From: a virus
Reading direction: 5' to 3' (one strand)
Virus record (IMG/VR): IMGVR_UViG_3300001269_000001
Span: 1-64,000 of that record
Length of the DNA: 64,000 bases
The notes under the pieces: generated by a model
What the model saw: only the letters and a program-made list of their open reading frames with translations
The model's database searches: none
Told to the model about the DNA's origin: nothing
Made by a program: the position numbers and the translations under genes
Shown: in pieces, positions 63,701-64,000 of the stretch
Position numbering within the stretch: the stretch's first letter is position 1
How the letters are laid out: the number at the start of each line of letters is the position of its first letter

Positions 63701-64000
63701 ATATTCATAAAAGAGTGATTATATTTAAGGAGCTTCAAAGGATATCAGGCAACTATGAAATTCCAGACATAAAGACTAAGCAAGATTTCCTACTTGCTCA
63801 GAAAAGTCTCTGTGGATATGGCTTCTTAGATTTCTTGGAGATAACGGCTAAGTCAGGCATACCTAATGGTGTTGAAAAGTACACTGACCCTATTGGTATA
63901 TTGATGGAGGACAATGTTGGCTGCCATGTTGTTTGTACAGGAATAGTTCATGATATTTTTGTTAAAAAATCAGTAAGGGGTGATTTTGCAAAAGTTATGA
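60733..64000 (+). CDS. dnaE: DNA polymerase III alpha subunit (DnaE-type), truncated at the 3' window edge
   Basis: It is absent from the ORF track because no stop occurs in the window. Hand translation is open from ATG 60733 and contains [50 protein letters not shown] and RAMGKK-like MGKKDM. Confidence 0.9.
   Translation, partial: [1089 protein letters not shown]

Noticed and set aside
1-64000. Prophage borders, an integrase or att sites.
   Set aside because: No integrase- or recombinase-like ORF, repressor module or flanking bacterial genes were recognised. The window looks like a virion-derived lytic-type genome.

Overview
This window looks like most of the genome of an AT-rich, contractile-tailed (myovirus-type) dsDNA phage. 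All family names come from motif reading by eye, with no database search.

Layout:
- **Switch point:** two divergent transcription arms meet at a 620-bp non-coding, palindrome-rich region (16239-16859).
- **Left arm (minus strand, 1-16214):** ThyX-like thymidylate synthase, RuvC-like resolvase, a full-length sigma-70-family sigma factor coupled to an FmdB-type zinc-ribbon protein, a beta-helix protein, a holin plus amidase lysis pair, an HNH endonuclease and an HslV/proteasome-like Ntn peptidase.
- **Right arm (plus strand, 16860-64000):** UvrD-like helicase, metallophosphoesterase, large terminase flanked by two TerS-like paralogs, patatin-like phospholipase and DnaQ-like exonuclease. Then the virion genes: portal, a run of enzyme genes (ADP-ribosyltransferase-like, SGNH hydrolase, NUDIX), prohead protease-scaffold, major capsid, sheath, tube, tape measure, baseplate and fibres. 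Last comes a replication block: DnaB-like helicase, DnaG-like primase and a 3'-truncated DnaE.

Main finding: the left arm carries 12 tandem units, in two blocks, of an unassigned ~140-aa protein family (NLVKLAK...DCGTVGCALGW...REGFVKRV...NIDPNKIYEY). Five units (three canonical, two divergent) have their own promoter-like cassette. The array shows hypervariable segments, mosaic or gene-conversion tracts, deleted junctions, a frameshifted pseudogene and an A9 tract.

Other findings:
- Two recurring promoter-like motif classes.
- An apparent cargo-like enzyme cluster between portal and protease.
- TAnnTTTG-like boxes with almost no Shine-Dalgarno sequences, which suggests (inference only) a Bacteroidota host.

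No tRNA, rRNA, CRISPR array, integrase or reverse transcriptase was recognised.
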